Notes under the pieces: generated by a model
Told to the model about the DNA's origin: nothing
Seen by the model: the letters and a program-made list of their open reading frames with translations, nothing else
Database searches by the model: none
Part shown: positions 1-11,837 of the stretch, piece after piece
Numbering within the stretch: position 1 is the first letter of the stretch
Layout of the letters: each line of letters begins with the position of its first letter
Source: Octopus bimaculoides
Lineage: Eukaryota
Assembly (NCBI RefSeq): GCF_001194135.2
Contig: NC_068985.1
Location: 33,239,855-33,303,854 of the forward strand
Reading direction: 5' to 3'
DNA: 64,000 nt
Position numbers and translations under genes: made by a program

Positions 1-86
1 ATAGATAGAAAGATGGAGGAAGACAGATAGATAAATAGATAGAAAGATAGATAGATAGATAGACAGATAGATAGATAGATAGATAG
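1..86. repeat. (GATA)n-type microsatellite
   Basis: Imperfect tandem atag/gata units at the start of the window. Confidence 0.9.
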
Positions 87-810
87 AAAGATAGTCACGT
101 CAGAATAATAGTAGACTTACTTGCAAAAAAGGACGTGTGCGTTCAATAATGTAATAATACAAAGAATATATATACATGTATACACACATATATGTACATA
201 CTTACATCTACATGTGTATATACATGCATATCAGGGTACAGGACGTTAGAACAATAAACTACAGACAACGGAACGAACACATGGGAAAACGGAAAGCCAC
301 TTGATATATATAAACTACAACTGAATCATCCAAAATACAATTCATCCAAACTGATACAAATAGACACAGTATGGATGCAAAATAGACACAAAATGAATTA
401 CAATCACTATAATACATCTCCTATCTATTCCCTTCCTTCACACCAAACAGAACACTGATATTTTTTTTCTTCTCAGCTACCAATTAGTACTTTAATCTTT
501 GGATGTAGCTAGAGCTTCCTGCTTTGGAATTTTTTGACAAGATTTTGCAGTAAGAAACACGTCATCAGCCCATAAAAGTTCTCAGGGACATCTTGTCTTG
601 AACTGTAAATGTATGCAAGGCTGAGGACAGAGCCCTCATGAACATCTGTGGACTAAATTACTCGCTGAACTTGCTACCTATTCTTACCTTGCCTTCACAA
701 TATATTTGTATGCCCCGAGCTTACGTAGAACTTGCCAAAGTGATGAATGCGAAGTACTGTTGAAGGCATATTTTTAGTTGCCTCCCTTTTACTGGTCTCC
801 TGACAAGATG

Positions 811-1692
811 TATGAGGGGTACCCAAAAGTAACTGGAAACGTTCTGTGTGGGACAAACCTGTTGTAGTTCAGGCTTCTGCTACTAGAAGCCACTTGATAT
901 GGCCCTCAGGCATCAATTTGCTGACCAGTGGTGGTGGCTAAGGCCATACTGCCATGTGGTGTGTCCTTGTTTTGCAGTACTTCTCCCTTGTTCATCAATT
1001 TGTGATGGCTGAAATGGAGGAACAGCGTGCTTCGGTAAAATTCTGTTTTCTACTGGGGAAAACAGCAGCCAAAACAATTGTCATGCTTCAAACAGCTTAC
1101 AAGGATGCTGCCATGTGCAAAACACAAATTTACAAGTGATTTTCACACTTTAGGAATGGTCACTTGTCACTTAAAGACCAATCTTGTTCAGGACAACCAT
1201 CAACCTCCCAAACGAATGAAAATTCATGAACTGATCTTGGAGGACTGTCACCAAACAGTTGACAAACTTGTTGATATGACTAGTGTGTCCTAGAGCTCCT
1301 GCCAATGAATTTCGAGCAAGGAATTATGACTGAAAAGAGTTGCAGCAAAATTTGTGCCTCACTTGCTCACGGAAGATCAAAAGCAGTCATAACTAAATGC
1401 ATGTCATGAACTGAAAGAAAAGTTGGAAGTTGATCCGGACCTTTTTTTCAAAGGTTATCACTGGTGACAAAAGCTGGTGCTATGGAATTTGCAGATGTGG
1501 AAGAGGTGAAGAAAAAATCGATGGAGGCATTAAAAGGCATCACTTTGCAAAAGTTCCAGCATGGCTTCAAATAGTGGAAAATGCACCTAGACTGATGCAT
1601 TGCTTCAAATGGAGAATACTTTGAAGATGATTGAATTTAAATAAATAAAATAATATTGTAAAATTCCAGTTTCCTTTGGGTAGCCCCTCATA
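811..1692 (+). mobile_element. Internally deleted mariner (Tc1/mariner) transposon
   Basis: ~30-bp TIRs TATGAGGGGTACCCAAAAGTAACTGG / CCAGTTTCCTTTGGGTAGCCCCTCATA with terminal TA. Broken transposase reads MEEQRASVKFCFLLGK...KRVAAKFVP...KVITGDKSWCYG, then jumps to FADVEEVKKK, so the catalytic middle is missing. Confidence 0.9.
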
Positions 1693-1954
1693 CTTCTGAA
1701 AACAAGATTACTCAGCTTTGAGAATATCTGACACAGAACCTTTATTTTTTGATGATGGTATAAGATATTTTAAAATTGTTTGGATAGTTATTCGAATTTT
1801 TAAAAAATATCTGTAAATATTTATGGAACCTATTGCTTTTCTCATGCCACTGTACTGTTAATTTAATGTTTCACTTTTGACTATTTTAAAAATTTAGCTA
1901 AGTATTTTTGTATTTTAATTTATAATACTGTATTTTTTTCTTGTTAAATATCAG

Positions 1955-2046
1955 GTTTTTGATAAGCTCATTGATAGCCATGGATACCATATCACCATTC
2001 ATTAAAATTTATGTAAATGAATTTCATAAAATACCAAACAAATTAG
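1955..2046 (+). CDS. Candidate upstream exon of the plus-strand helicase-like gene
   Basis: Acceptor ...aaatatcag|G and donor TTAG|gtaatt inside the 161-codon ORF 1941-2426. Reads FLISSLIAMDTISPFIKIYVNEFHKIPNKL. No recognisable homology. Confidence 0.3.
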
Positions 2047-2109
2047 GTAATTATGATATAATTTTATTTTTAATTATTATTTCTTGTTTCTCCTGTTGTC
2101 CATTGTTAG

Positions 2110-2349
2110 CAACCATGATTACCTTCAGAGTTATTCAAACCCCATCTTCCAGGTTTCTCTTTCAAGATGTGGATGTGCATAATTGTGAAGGTTGCTTGCT
2201 AAAAGTATTTCTTTCTAAGTTGGGCTGTCTTTTGCAAATTTCTAGCAACATTCTTGGAGATCTGCTATTTTTTTACTTCCATGAACAAGTTAAAATTGAT
2301 GTGAGCTTTGGTCCTTCTTTAGCTAGCCAAAAGATGCTGAGAATTTCCT
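2110..2349 (+). CDS. Candidate upstream exon of the plus-strand helicase-like gene
   Basis: Pyrimidine-rich acceptor ttgttag|CA in phase 1, after a 63-nt putative intron. Frame is open. Donor CCT|gtaaat at 2350 gives phase 1, matching exon 9768. The 3' boundary is uncertain; an alternative donor GAT|gtgagc lies at 2301. Confidence 0.3.
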
Positions 2350-2633
2350 GTAAATACATGTCCTCAATGTTGCCACATGATATAGTTTCCTCTAAGATTG
2401 TTCTTTCTCATAGTCTTTGGCTCTAAAAGACAATGGAATACCAATGCAGAACAAAGATGTGTATGTCCACAAGGCATTGCATACACTTGCAGTTAATGTA
2501 ACAGTAGTAATATGAAAAAGGAATTTTCCTTATTATGAAAAGTATGAAATTTGCTGTCAAAACCAGAAAGTCAAGTGCTAAATTAAATTACTTAAATTAG
2601 TGTGCTCTAATTCTAGATACATATCAATGATCC

Positions 2634-4050
2634 TCATCATCATCATTTAACATTTGCTTTCCATGCTGGCATGGGTTAGACAGTTTGACTGGAACTGGTA
2701 AGCCAGAGAGCTGCACCAGATTCCAGTCTGATTTTGACTTGATTTCTACAGCTGGATGCCCTTCCTAATGCCAATTACTCCAAGAGAGTAGTGGGTGCCT
2801 TTTATGTGTCACCAACACTGGTGCTTTTACGTGTCACAGGCATAGGTGCTGTTACATCATCTTCACTGTCCACAACTACAATTTCACTTGGCTTGATGAG
2901 ACTTCTGAAGCACAACAAATTACCAAAGGTCACAATCACTTGTCATCACCTCCGTGAGACTCCATATTCAAAGATCAGACTTCACCACCTCTTCCCATAT
3001 CTTCTTGGGTCTACATTTTCAATAGGTTCCTTCCACAATTAGAGATCAGCACTTCTTTACACAGTTATCCTCATCCATATGCATCACATGACCAGCACAG
3101 TTGCCTCTCTTGAACACCACATCTGATGCCTCTTGTACCCAATTTTTCTCTCAAGATGCTTACACACTGTCAGACATGGCCTTTGTTGCCAACAAAAGTA
3201 GAAGCTCTCTGAACTTTGCCCAGCCTCTTTTTATTCTAGCAGCTACACTCTAGGAGCAATCGCCTCCACTACTGACTTTTGTTGTTCCTGTACATCTGCC
3301 ATGCACAAAGACTATTTTCCCTGTTAACCTTCCTCTGATATTGATGCACCTCTCATATGTCCATAGCTTTCACCAGGTACCCCATATGGAGTTTCTACCT
3401 ATGTCTTTTCTACATATTGAGCAGGGTCATCTACCTGAATAGATTTTTGATTTGTCTGCTTTCCTACTTACTAAGACTTTGGTTTTTACTAAATTAACTC
3501 TAAGGCTCTTTGATTCCAGACCTTGCTTCCATACCTGAATTTTTTTTCTACATTTCTAGTTGTGATTCAGCAATAACAACAAGGTCATCAGCATAGAGGA
3601 GCTCCCATGGGCAGCCCGACTCAAATTCCTCTGTTATTGCCTGGAGGACTATGATGATCAGGAGGGGGCTGAGGGCTGATCCTTGGTGAACTCCTATTTC
3701 TACACTGAATTCATCGCTATACTTGTTGCCAACCCTCACCTTACTGACAGAGTCCCTGTACATGGCTTGTACAGCTCTCACCAACCACTCATCTATCTCT
3801 AGATTCTGCAATGACCATCAGATAAGGGATTGAGGGACCCTGTCAACAGCTTTCTCTATGTCAGCAAAAGCCAAGTACAGAGGTGTATTTTTGGCTAGGT
3901 ACTTCTCCTGCAGCTGCTTTACCAGGAATGTAGCATCAGTGGTGCTTCTCCCTGACACAAAACTAAGCAGCATCTCATCTTACCTAACTCTCTTCCTAAT
4001 TAGTTGGGCTATGACCCTCTCCATAACTTTCATCACCTGATTTGACCCTC
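2634..4050 (-). mobile_element. RTE-clade LINE, 5'-truncated and degenerate
   Basis: Minus-strand RT motifs (GVHQGSALSPLL...CPWELLYADDLV in ORF 3548-3811), family 3'UTR and (GAT)n tail at ~2634. Confidence 0.85.
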
Positions 4051-4881
4051 TCCACGTAAATATATTATTCATTTCAGCAAAACTAGAGGATTTTAAAAAT
4101 ATGACCTGCTATAATAGTAAAATAAAAAAAAAATTTGTTGATGCCTTTTATGAAGTTTGGATGCAATACCACCATCTGTCCCTGTTCTATCTCTGCAATT
4201 GAAAACCAGCTGCTGTGACAACTAAAATGAGTAGAAATTTTAAATGTAAAATGAAAAGCATTATTTTATTAGACTACACTATTTGCAGTAAGAAATCTTA
4301 ATGGAATTCTATTCAGTGTTCAAAATGACGTCTTGTGAATACAACTAAAGCATTTCTCAACAGATATTTACAAAATCATGAATGCCTTGTATTGGAACAA
4401 AACCATGAGTGTCACTCATAACAGTTCAAGAATTTCTTAAAAGTGTACCTGTATAAAAATAAACAGAGTGTATTAAATTTCTCTCTGCCAAGACTTTTTT
4501 GTAAGAATATGGATATTAGATGCATCAAAGTTAAATGATCATGTATTAGAAAGGCTACACACATGAAATCCATTCAAGAATGACAGCACAAACAAGCTGA
4601 GAGAGAAACTGAACATAAGATGTATTAGATGTAGTGTGAAGAGGGAAGATTGTGTTTGTATGAGCATGTGGCATGTATGAAGGAGGGCGGCTTTATAAAA
4701 AAGGGCTGTATGTCCAAAGTGAATGGGAGCTGCATAAGAGAGAAACTAAAGAAGACTTGGAAATAAGTGATGAAGACAGATCTAAGGTAGTTGATGGAAT
4801 TGCATTGATTGGTGAAATACTGTGCAGAAAACTCTTTATTCAGGCATGATGAAACAGATGTTAAAATTTCTGTATATAAGT

Positions 4882-5161
4882 GCAGGCATGGCTGTGTGGT
4901 AAGAAGTTTGCTTCCAAACTACATGATCTTGGGTTCAGTTTCATTGCGTGTCTTCTTACGCAGGTGTCTTTTACTCTAACTTCAGGCTGATCAAAGCCTT
5001 GTGAGTAGATCTGGTTAGCAGAAACTAAAAGAAGCCCATTATTTATATGTATGTGTGTATGTATGCATGCATGCATGCGTGAATGTATACACATTCACAC
5101 ACACATGCACATGTGTATGTGTTTGTGTCCTCCACCCACCACTGCTACTGCTTGACAACTG
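4882..5161 (+). mobile_element. tRNA-derived SINE (family A), 5' part only
   Basis: Head GGCTGTGTGGTAAG...GGTTCAGT and body matching the copies at 17755, 47033 and 49296. Ends abruptly at the RTE fragment. Confidence 0.8.
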
Positions 5162-6396
5162 GCGACCAAGTCAGTAGCGAGGGAGGGTGCGCTGAAAGTG
5201 TAGCTGCTAGAATAAGAATAGCCTGGGCAAAGTTTAGAGAGCTCTTACCTCTGCTAATGACAAAGGGCTTCTCGCTCAGAGTAAAAGGCAGACTGTATGA
5301 CGCATGTGTGCAAACAGCTATGCTACATGGCAGTGAAACATGGGCCGTGACTGCTGAGGACATGCATAAGCTCGCAAGGAATGAAGCCAGTATGCTCCGA
5401 ATGATGTGTAATGTCGGTGTGCATACTTGACAGAGTGTAAGTACCTTGAGAGAAAAGTTGAACCTAAGAAGCATCGGTTGTGGTGTGCAAGAGAGAGACG
5501 ATTGCATTGGTATGGTCATTTGGCGAGAATGGATAAGGATAGGTGTGTGAAAAAGTGTCACAGCCTAGCGGTTGAGGGTACCTGTGGAAGAGGTAGACCC
5601 AGGAAGACCTGGAATGAGGTGGTGAAGCACGACTTTCGAACATTAGGCCTCACCGAGGCAATGACTAGTGACCGAGACCTTTGGAAATATGCTGTGCATG
5701 AGAAGACCCGGCAAGAAAAGTGAGACCTGAATCCAAGGCCTCTGCCAGGGGTGTAGCCAGCCCACTTATGCATACCTTTCCTTCTTTGGACACAAAACTC
5801 TGCTTGCGAAGACCTGTTGAGGCAGGTGAAATCGAAATCGAAATTGAACCAAATTCGACGACTGGCACCCATGCCAACCTTCCTTCATTGGACACTAAAC
5901 TCAGCTTGCGAAGACCTGTTGGGGCAAGTGAGATCGAAACTGAACCAAACTTGATGACTGGCACCTGTGCCAGTGGAGCGCTAACAGCACCATCCAAGCG
6001 GGATCACTGCCAAAACAGTGGTCTGACTCCCATGCCAGTGGCACATAAAAAGCACCATTTGAGCGCAATCATTTCCAGCTTCGCCTCACTGGCACTTGTG
6101 CCGGTGACATGTGAACAAAACATTAGACTGACTCCTGTGCAGGTGGCACATAAAAGACACCATTTGAGCGTGGCTGTTGCCAGTACTGCCAGACCGGCCC
6201 TTGTTCCGATGGCACGTAAAAGCACCCACTACACTCTCGGAGTGGTTGACGTTAGGAAGGGCATCCAGCTGTAGAAACTCTGCCGGATCAGATTGGAGCC
6301 TGGTGCAACCATCTGGTTCGCCAGTCCTCAGTCAAATCGTCCAACCCATGCTTGCATGGAGAGCGGACGTTAAACAATGATGATGATGATGATGAT
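5162..6396 (+). mobile_element. RTE-clade LINE 3' fragment (RT C-terminus, 3'UTR, (GAT)n tail)
   Basis: GDQVSSEGGCAESVAARIRIAWAKFRELLPLL...GRGRPRKTW..., followed by the 3'UTR and gatgatgat tail. Confidence 0.9.
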
Positions 6397-6399
6397 ATA

Positions 6400-6860
6400 T
6401 ATTGCTTCCCTGCGCAAAGAGAAATTGAAGCTCTGACGTCTGGTAACTGACTTGGTAAATGCCCACAAAATTATTAACCATCATGCCAACAACCACCTTG
6501 ATCTTCTTTTTGAGCTCCACGTGTCTAACACACATAGGTCTAGCACACAAAGTCAGAAAACAGCACCCCTGTATGACTTTTGGAAACATTTTTTTACACT
6601 CAGAGTTGCTGATGCATGAAACAAACTACCTGCATCAGTTGTTAGTTGCCAAGACATTGTATCCTTTAAAACCACCATGCTTCCTGAAAGTCAGCAACAC
6701 TACACCTGATATCCACCCCTCCATACGCATGCTTATATGTTTATCACGACTCATACACTGTTCATTTTCTTGAGTTTTGTACATAATTGTATATGCTATA
6801 CATGCACTTTTGATGTGTTGCTGTGCACCTGAGCACTATAAACAACAATTTCATTATTAT
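6400..6860 (+). mobile_element. CR1/L2-type LINE 3' fragment
   Basis: Degenerate translation resembles the CR1 RT C-terminus (LVTDLVNAHKIINHH...FFTLRVADA*NKLPASVVSC), followed by a 3'UTR-like tail. Confidence 0.6.
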
Positions 6861-7482
6861 ATAGATATATACGTATATAAAAAATTGATAACCAAGCAGA
6901 GAGTAGGGATTTATTCACATCCAAAACTTTTTTATTAAATATTAAGAAGTTTTCTGCGGCATATATAACATTGACCAACATGTTTCTACTGCGATTGCAC
7001 ATTGCTCTGTATGCAGTTATGTATATGTATATAGGTAGGGTATTTCACCATATTCAATTAGACCCATCTATCACAGTAAAAGTGAGGTGCTAAAAGCATT
7101 AGGTTTGTGAATACACTCACTGGGTCCTGTTTCTGTCAAGCTTTTCCCGCCTCTCAACTTCCCAATACCTTCCACCTTCACATTTATAATAATGGCACCG
7201 TTCATCTGCTATAAATCATATGACATCAAAATCTACACATATTTCTTCCTCTTTACATTACTAGTTACCTTCCCCTCTCCCTGCTTTATTTTCACTAGTC
7301 ACACCTTTCTATACCTGCAAGTATGTATTCCTCTCCCCTGAGCTACATCTTAGAAATGCCTAGCCCCATTTTTAATACCCTTTCATATCTGCCTCACCAT
7401 TGTCCTTCACTTACTACAGCCATCATTACATATTTCTAATATTCATCACTGTCCTTGTATATCTTTTTCTCCCCCATTCTCA

Positions 7483-9224
7483 TATAGGAAAGTGGGTTAT
7501 ACATCTTTAGATTGTATACCTGACTTCCTACTATAAAATTAACGAATATAACGGAACGCTGAACTCCAGACTATCAACTTAAACAACACTTTATTTAGGT
7601 AGTAAATATATAACCACATCTTTAGTTCTTGTTGTTACATCTTCTGTGTGTATGAGCATAGTGCTGGGATGTTGTTCTATAGATGTGAGCGAGCGTAGGT
7701 CCGAAAGATGTAGAGAGACAGCTTAAACACACGTCCATGCTCAATCGCTGGCCAGCGAGAAAGAGAATGAATTGAGCGGGAAACACTTGCTTGTTTAATT
7801 CCACGCATGCGCACGGCGTTACTACAGAGCTCCCTTGCCAGTGCGGAAACGCACGATAAATGAAATCTGTTAGAACGCCTGAGGCAGGATGGCCACTGAA
7901 AACCACCCACAAGATGTGGTACAAACACACACACAAAGAAAATTCAAAGAAATGAAATGTACACTTGTGAAATACATGCATGCAACGTATAAATGAAATG
8001 ACAATGACAAAACAACTGTGATGACAACTGTCCANNNNNNNNNNNNNNNNNNNNNNNNNNNNNNNNNNNNNNNNNNNNNNNNNNNNNNNNNNNNNNNNNN
8101 NNNNNNNNNNNNNNNNNNNNNNNNNNNNNNNNNNNNNNNNNNNNNNNNNNNNNNNNNNNNNNNNNNNNNNNNNNNNNNNNNNNNNNNNNNNNNNNNNNNN
8201 NNNNNNNNNNNNNNNNNNNNNNNNNNNNNNNNNNNNNNNNNNNNNNNNNNNNNNNNNNNNNNNNNNNNNNNNNNNNNNNNNNNNNNNNNNNNNNNNNNNN
8301 NNNNNNNNNNNNNNNNNNNNNNNNNNNNNNNNNNNNNNNNNNNNNNNNNNNNNNNNNNNNNNNNNNNNNNNNNNNNNNNNNNNNNNNNNNNNNNNNNNNN
8401 NNNNNNNNNNNNNNNNNNNNNNNNNNNNNNNNNNNNNNNNNNNNNNNNNNNNNNNNNNNNNNNNNNNNNNNNNNNNNNNNNNNNNNNNNNNNNNNNNNNN
8501 NNNNNNNNNNNNNNNNNNNNNNNNNNNNNNNNNNNNNNNNNNNNNNNNNNNNNNNNNNNNNNNNNNNNNNNNNNNNNNNNNNNNNNNNNNNNNNNNNNNN
8601 NNNNNNNNNNNNNNNNNNNNNNNNNNNNNNNNNNNNNNNNNNNNNNNNNNNNNNNNNNNNNNNNNNNNNNNNNNNNNNNNNNNNNNNNNNNNNNNNNNNN
8701 NNNNNNNNNNNNNNNNNNNNNNNNNNNNNAGTCGTGTTGACGATGGTTGGAGATGTTGGTAATGTGTAGTTCAGTCTCCATGGCCGTATTTGTTCTTTAG
8801 TCGGGGTTCACCAGTTATAGGTTGGTAGTCCAGAGTCCATGCTGCGTTTTTCTTCGTCGGGGGTCACCACTTTAGTAGAAAATGGGTTATACATCTTTAG
8901 ATTGTATACCTGACTTCCTACTGTAAAATTAAAGAATATAACGGAATGCTGAACTCCAGACTATCAACTTAAACAACACTTTATTTAGGTAGTAAATATA
9001 TAACCACATCTTTAGTTCTTGTTGTTACAGCTTCTGTGTGTATGAGCATAGTGCTGGGACGTTGTTCTATAGATGTGAGCGAGCTGTCGAGCGTAGGTCC
9101 GAAAGATGTAGAGAGACAGCTTAAACACACATCCATGCTCAATTGCTGGCCAGCGAGAAAGAGAATCAATTGAGCGGGAAACGCTTGCTTGTTTAATTCC
9201 ACGCATGCGCACGGCGTTACTACA
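7483..9224 (-). mobile_element. LTR retrotransposon (Gypsy-like); two LTRs with most of the internal region in an N gap
   Basis: Direct repeats 7483-7826 and 8873-9224 start TGTAGTA on the minus strand. TSD CTCA at 7479-7482 and 9225-9228. PBS TGGTGACCCCCGACG at 8869-8855. Purine-rich GGCAAGGGAG precedes the 3' LTR. Confidence 0.85.
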
Positions 9225-9767
9225 CTCACATCATCTCCCTATTTTCCTGTCTATCTGCAGATTTTCCCTATTTTCTTTTTTATTGCAGGTTTATTATATT
9301 GTTGTTCTCCACTCTTTCTATGCTGCTACTTATCACCTACTTCTGCGTGAACTACTTTTTTTCTTTTCTTTTCTTTTTTTGTACCTTTATCATTGGCCAC
9401 ACTTCCATCCTTGTATATTATTAAATTGCATCTCTAATCATCTTTCTCTTCTCACATTAATGAACTTACCATCCACATTTCCCTCTTCAGTTCAATTTCC
9501 CCTCTTATACCCACCTTCTTGTACCTTGAAAGTGTGCTCTGACACCTCATCACCCTCATTATCTTCATTCCAGCTACTCTCACCTGTACCAGTATAATGT
9601 GAAGTAGCTATTTATCATTTCTGCCCTTCTATCTCTCAACTTCCCTCTTATCTCTCAACACTTGGCATAACGCCACCTTCCTTTCTACTATAACCCCACC
9701 CAGTTGAGTGGGGGTTTCCTTAATATTTATTACTCGTTTATTAATGTATTTTCAAAATACTTTTCAG

Positions 9768-9941
9768 TTGAGCAAATCTTTCCTGAGCAAATTGAAAAAT
9801 ATGAATATCCAACAAATGGTGTTCGCATTAGCGAATTGGTAAAATGGTTATCTTTAGCCAGTAATGATGACAGAATGAAAACTGAAAAATATCAAATTAT
9901 TGTTTGTTCTAAGGAAGACTCTACACTAGATGCAATAGCAA
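9768..9941 (+). CDS. Exon of an unnamed SF1 (senataxin/UPF1-like) pseudo-helicase gene
   Basis: tttcag|TTGAG...GCAA|gtaagt, 174 nt, phase 1->1. Reads EQIFPEQIEKYEYPTNGVRISELVKWLSL...YQIIVCSKEDSTLDAIA; IIVCS..STLD resembles motif Ia LVCAPSNAAVD. Confidence 0.75.
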
Positions 9942-10136
9942 GTAAGTACTCTGCTTGACAGTTTTGTAATCACAATCACAGTCTACATTACAAATAATAG
10001 TTGATTGCAATGGACATGGTGATTATTAACTATAATTAATTTTTTTTTTTTTTGTGAAGACAAGGAGAAACACTTCTCTGAAGGCAGTTCTACTTTATAT
10101 ACCATATATAATCTCATCTTTATGAATATGTTACAG

Positions 10137-10515
10137 TGGAGGTGCAATGGCCCAGTGGTTAGAGCAGTAGACTCGTGGTCATAGGATTGCGGTTTTGATT
10201 CCCAGACTGGGCATTGTGAGTGTTTATTGAGTGAAAACACCTAAAGCTCCATGTGACTCCAGCAGGGTGTGGTGGCGAACCCTGCTGTATTCTCCCACTA
10301 CAACTTTCTCTCATTCTTTCTTCCTGTTTCTGTTGTACCTGTATTTCAAAGGGCCAGCCTTGTCGCACTCTGTGTCACATTAAATCTCCCCGAGAACTAA
10401 GTTAAGAGTACATGTGTCTGTGGAGTGCTCAACCACTTGCACATTAATTTCACGAGCAGGCTATTCAGTTGATCGGATCAACTGGAACCCTCATCATAAC
10501 TGACAGAGTGCCACG
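10137..10515 (+). mobile_element. tRNA-derived SINE (family C)
   Basis: tRNA-like head with A/B-box-like TGGCCCAGTGG and GGTTTTGATTCCC, then a GC-richer body and short tail. Confidence 0.75.
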
Positions 10516-10914
10516 ATTACTACTAGGTGTCAAAGGAAAATTACATATCCATTCAAACTACTGTTAACTTTTCTTAATAAATTAACATTTTTCATATTCA
10601 ACCCATTCCTTTAAAATCATTACAATTCTCTATTTATTGCTTATGTTACATTAATATATAGCATCACATTCTTCTGCTAATTGAATGTGGTCTCTTCAGA
10701 GTTTGCCTTAAATGTATTATACATTTTGGTATTTGAGACAATATTGTACATGTGATTGTTTTATTTATTTTTTAGTTCAAAAATGATAAACTGACAGTGA
10801 AAGCTGTGGTTTTTAACTTACAATAAAGTGATTCTTTCACCTTATAACAATGCTATTGTTTCAATTTCTACCTGTGCAACTGCACCTCATCATATATTTA
10901 AGGGTTTATGAACA

Positions 10915-11285
10915 TTATCATTTAACATCTGTTGTCCATGCTGGCATGGGTTGGACAGTTTGACCAGAGCTGGCAAGTGGCGGTGCTGCACCAGACTCCA
11001 GTCTGATTATGCACGGTTTCTACAGCTGGATGCACTTCCTAATACCAACCACTTTACAGAGTGTGCTCGATGCTTTTATGTAGAAATGCACAGGCACTTT
11101 TACATGGTACCACCATAAGTGCTTCTGTTGCAGAGTATGGGTCTTCTTGAGTACAGCAAGGTGCCAGGCATCTTGGTCCTTTGTCATCTCACCTGAAAGG
11201 TTCAGTGTCCTGAAGTCATTCTTCAGTACTTCATACCATGTCTTTCTGGGTGTTCCACTTCTATGTATTCTATCCACTTTGAGAA
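10915..11285 (-). mobile_element. RTE-clade LINE 3' end
   Basis: Minus ORF ...GTPRKTWYEVLKNDFRTLNL... plus the shared 3'UTR and tail. Confidence 0.75.
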
Positions 11286-11505
11286 AATTTAAATATTTTG
11301 TTGATAACACATATAAGACAAAGATAGATGGTTTTTAATTTTTGATTATACTTATTTTCTTGAGGATACTAGTATTTGTTTTTTTTTTAGAAAGTCATGA
11401 GTATCACAAGTCTCAGTTTTTCACATTCTCTAAAAGAAAAACATTTGTATATAATGGAAACATGTTTTACACAGTTAAACTTTAACATTTCCTTTACATT
11501 TCCAG

Positions 11506-11837
11506 ATCAATTGAAAATTCAGCAGATATTAAAAAACTGTATCATGAGAGTAGCAGATGAAAAAACAGAAGACAACTATTTTGAAAAATACTGGCAATTA
11601 AATGTTACAATCAATTCACAAGATGATCTCACATATCTTCATGAACATCTATTGTGGAAGAATAGTTTGTTTCAAAATTACATGGCGACTGTGAAAGAGC
11701 TAAAAGCTACTGGAATTGATGTATCATTGGAAACAAATAAGTTCAAAGAAAATATATTGGCAAATTCCCATATAATTTTTTGCAACATTGTGACAACAAT
11801 CCGAATGTTATTCAAGAAATTAAACAAAAAGAAAATG
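11506..11837 (+). CDS. Exon of the unnamed SF1 pseudo-helicase gene
   Basis: tttccag|AT...AAAATG|gtaggt, 332 nt, phase 1->0, open throughout. Contains IMRVADEK and ILANSHIIFCNI (senataxin has LVRLGPEK and ILESHIICCTL). Confidence 0.75.

Noticed and set aside
4075-4510. Acceptor-like sites and short open frames as further exons of the plus-strand gene
   Set aside because: Every frame tried hits stops or gives a phase incompatible with exon 9768.
5965-6235. Spaced palindromic repeats resembling a CRISPR array
   Set aside because: Eukaryotic context, degenerate repeats, irregular spacing, location inside a LINE 3'UTR repeated many times in the window, and no cas genes.
7870-8781. Long ORFs of 175-332 aa in the ORF track, here and at 59427-60282 and 62331-63559
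   Set aside because: They are long only because they run through N gaps. They are not evidence of genes, although the 62331-63559 flanks are RTE RT.
7483-9224. Near-identical sequence on both sides of a gap as a possible assembly duplication
   Set aside because: The copies differ by ~10 substitutions and an indel and carry a TSD and PBS, as expected for true LTRs.
11391-11505. Upstream acceptor (ttttag|AAAG) and ATG at 11397 extending the 11506 exon
   Set aside because: In the phase required by exon 9768-9941 this acceptor leads to TAA within ~30 codons. The 11506 acceptor keeps the helicase-like frame.
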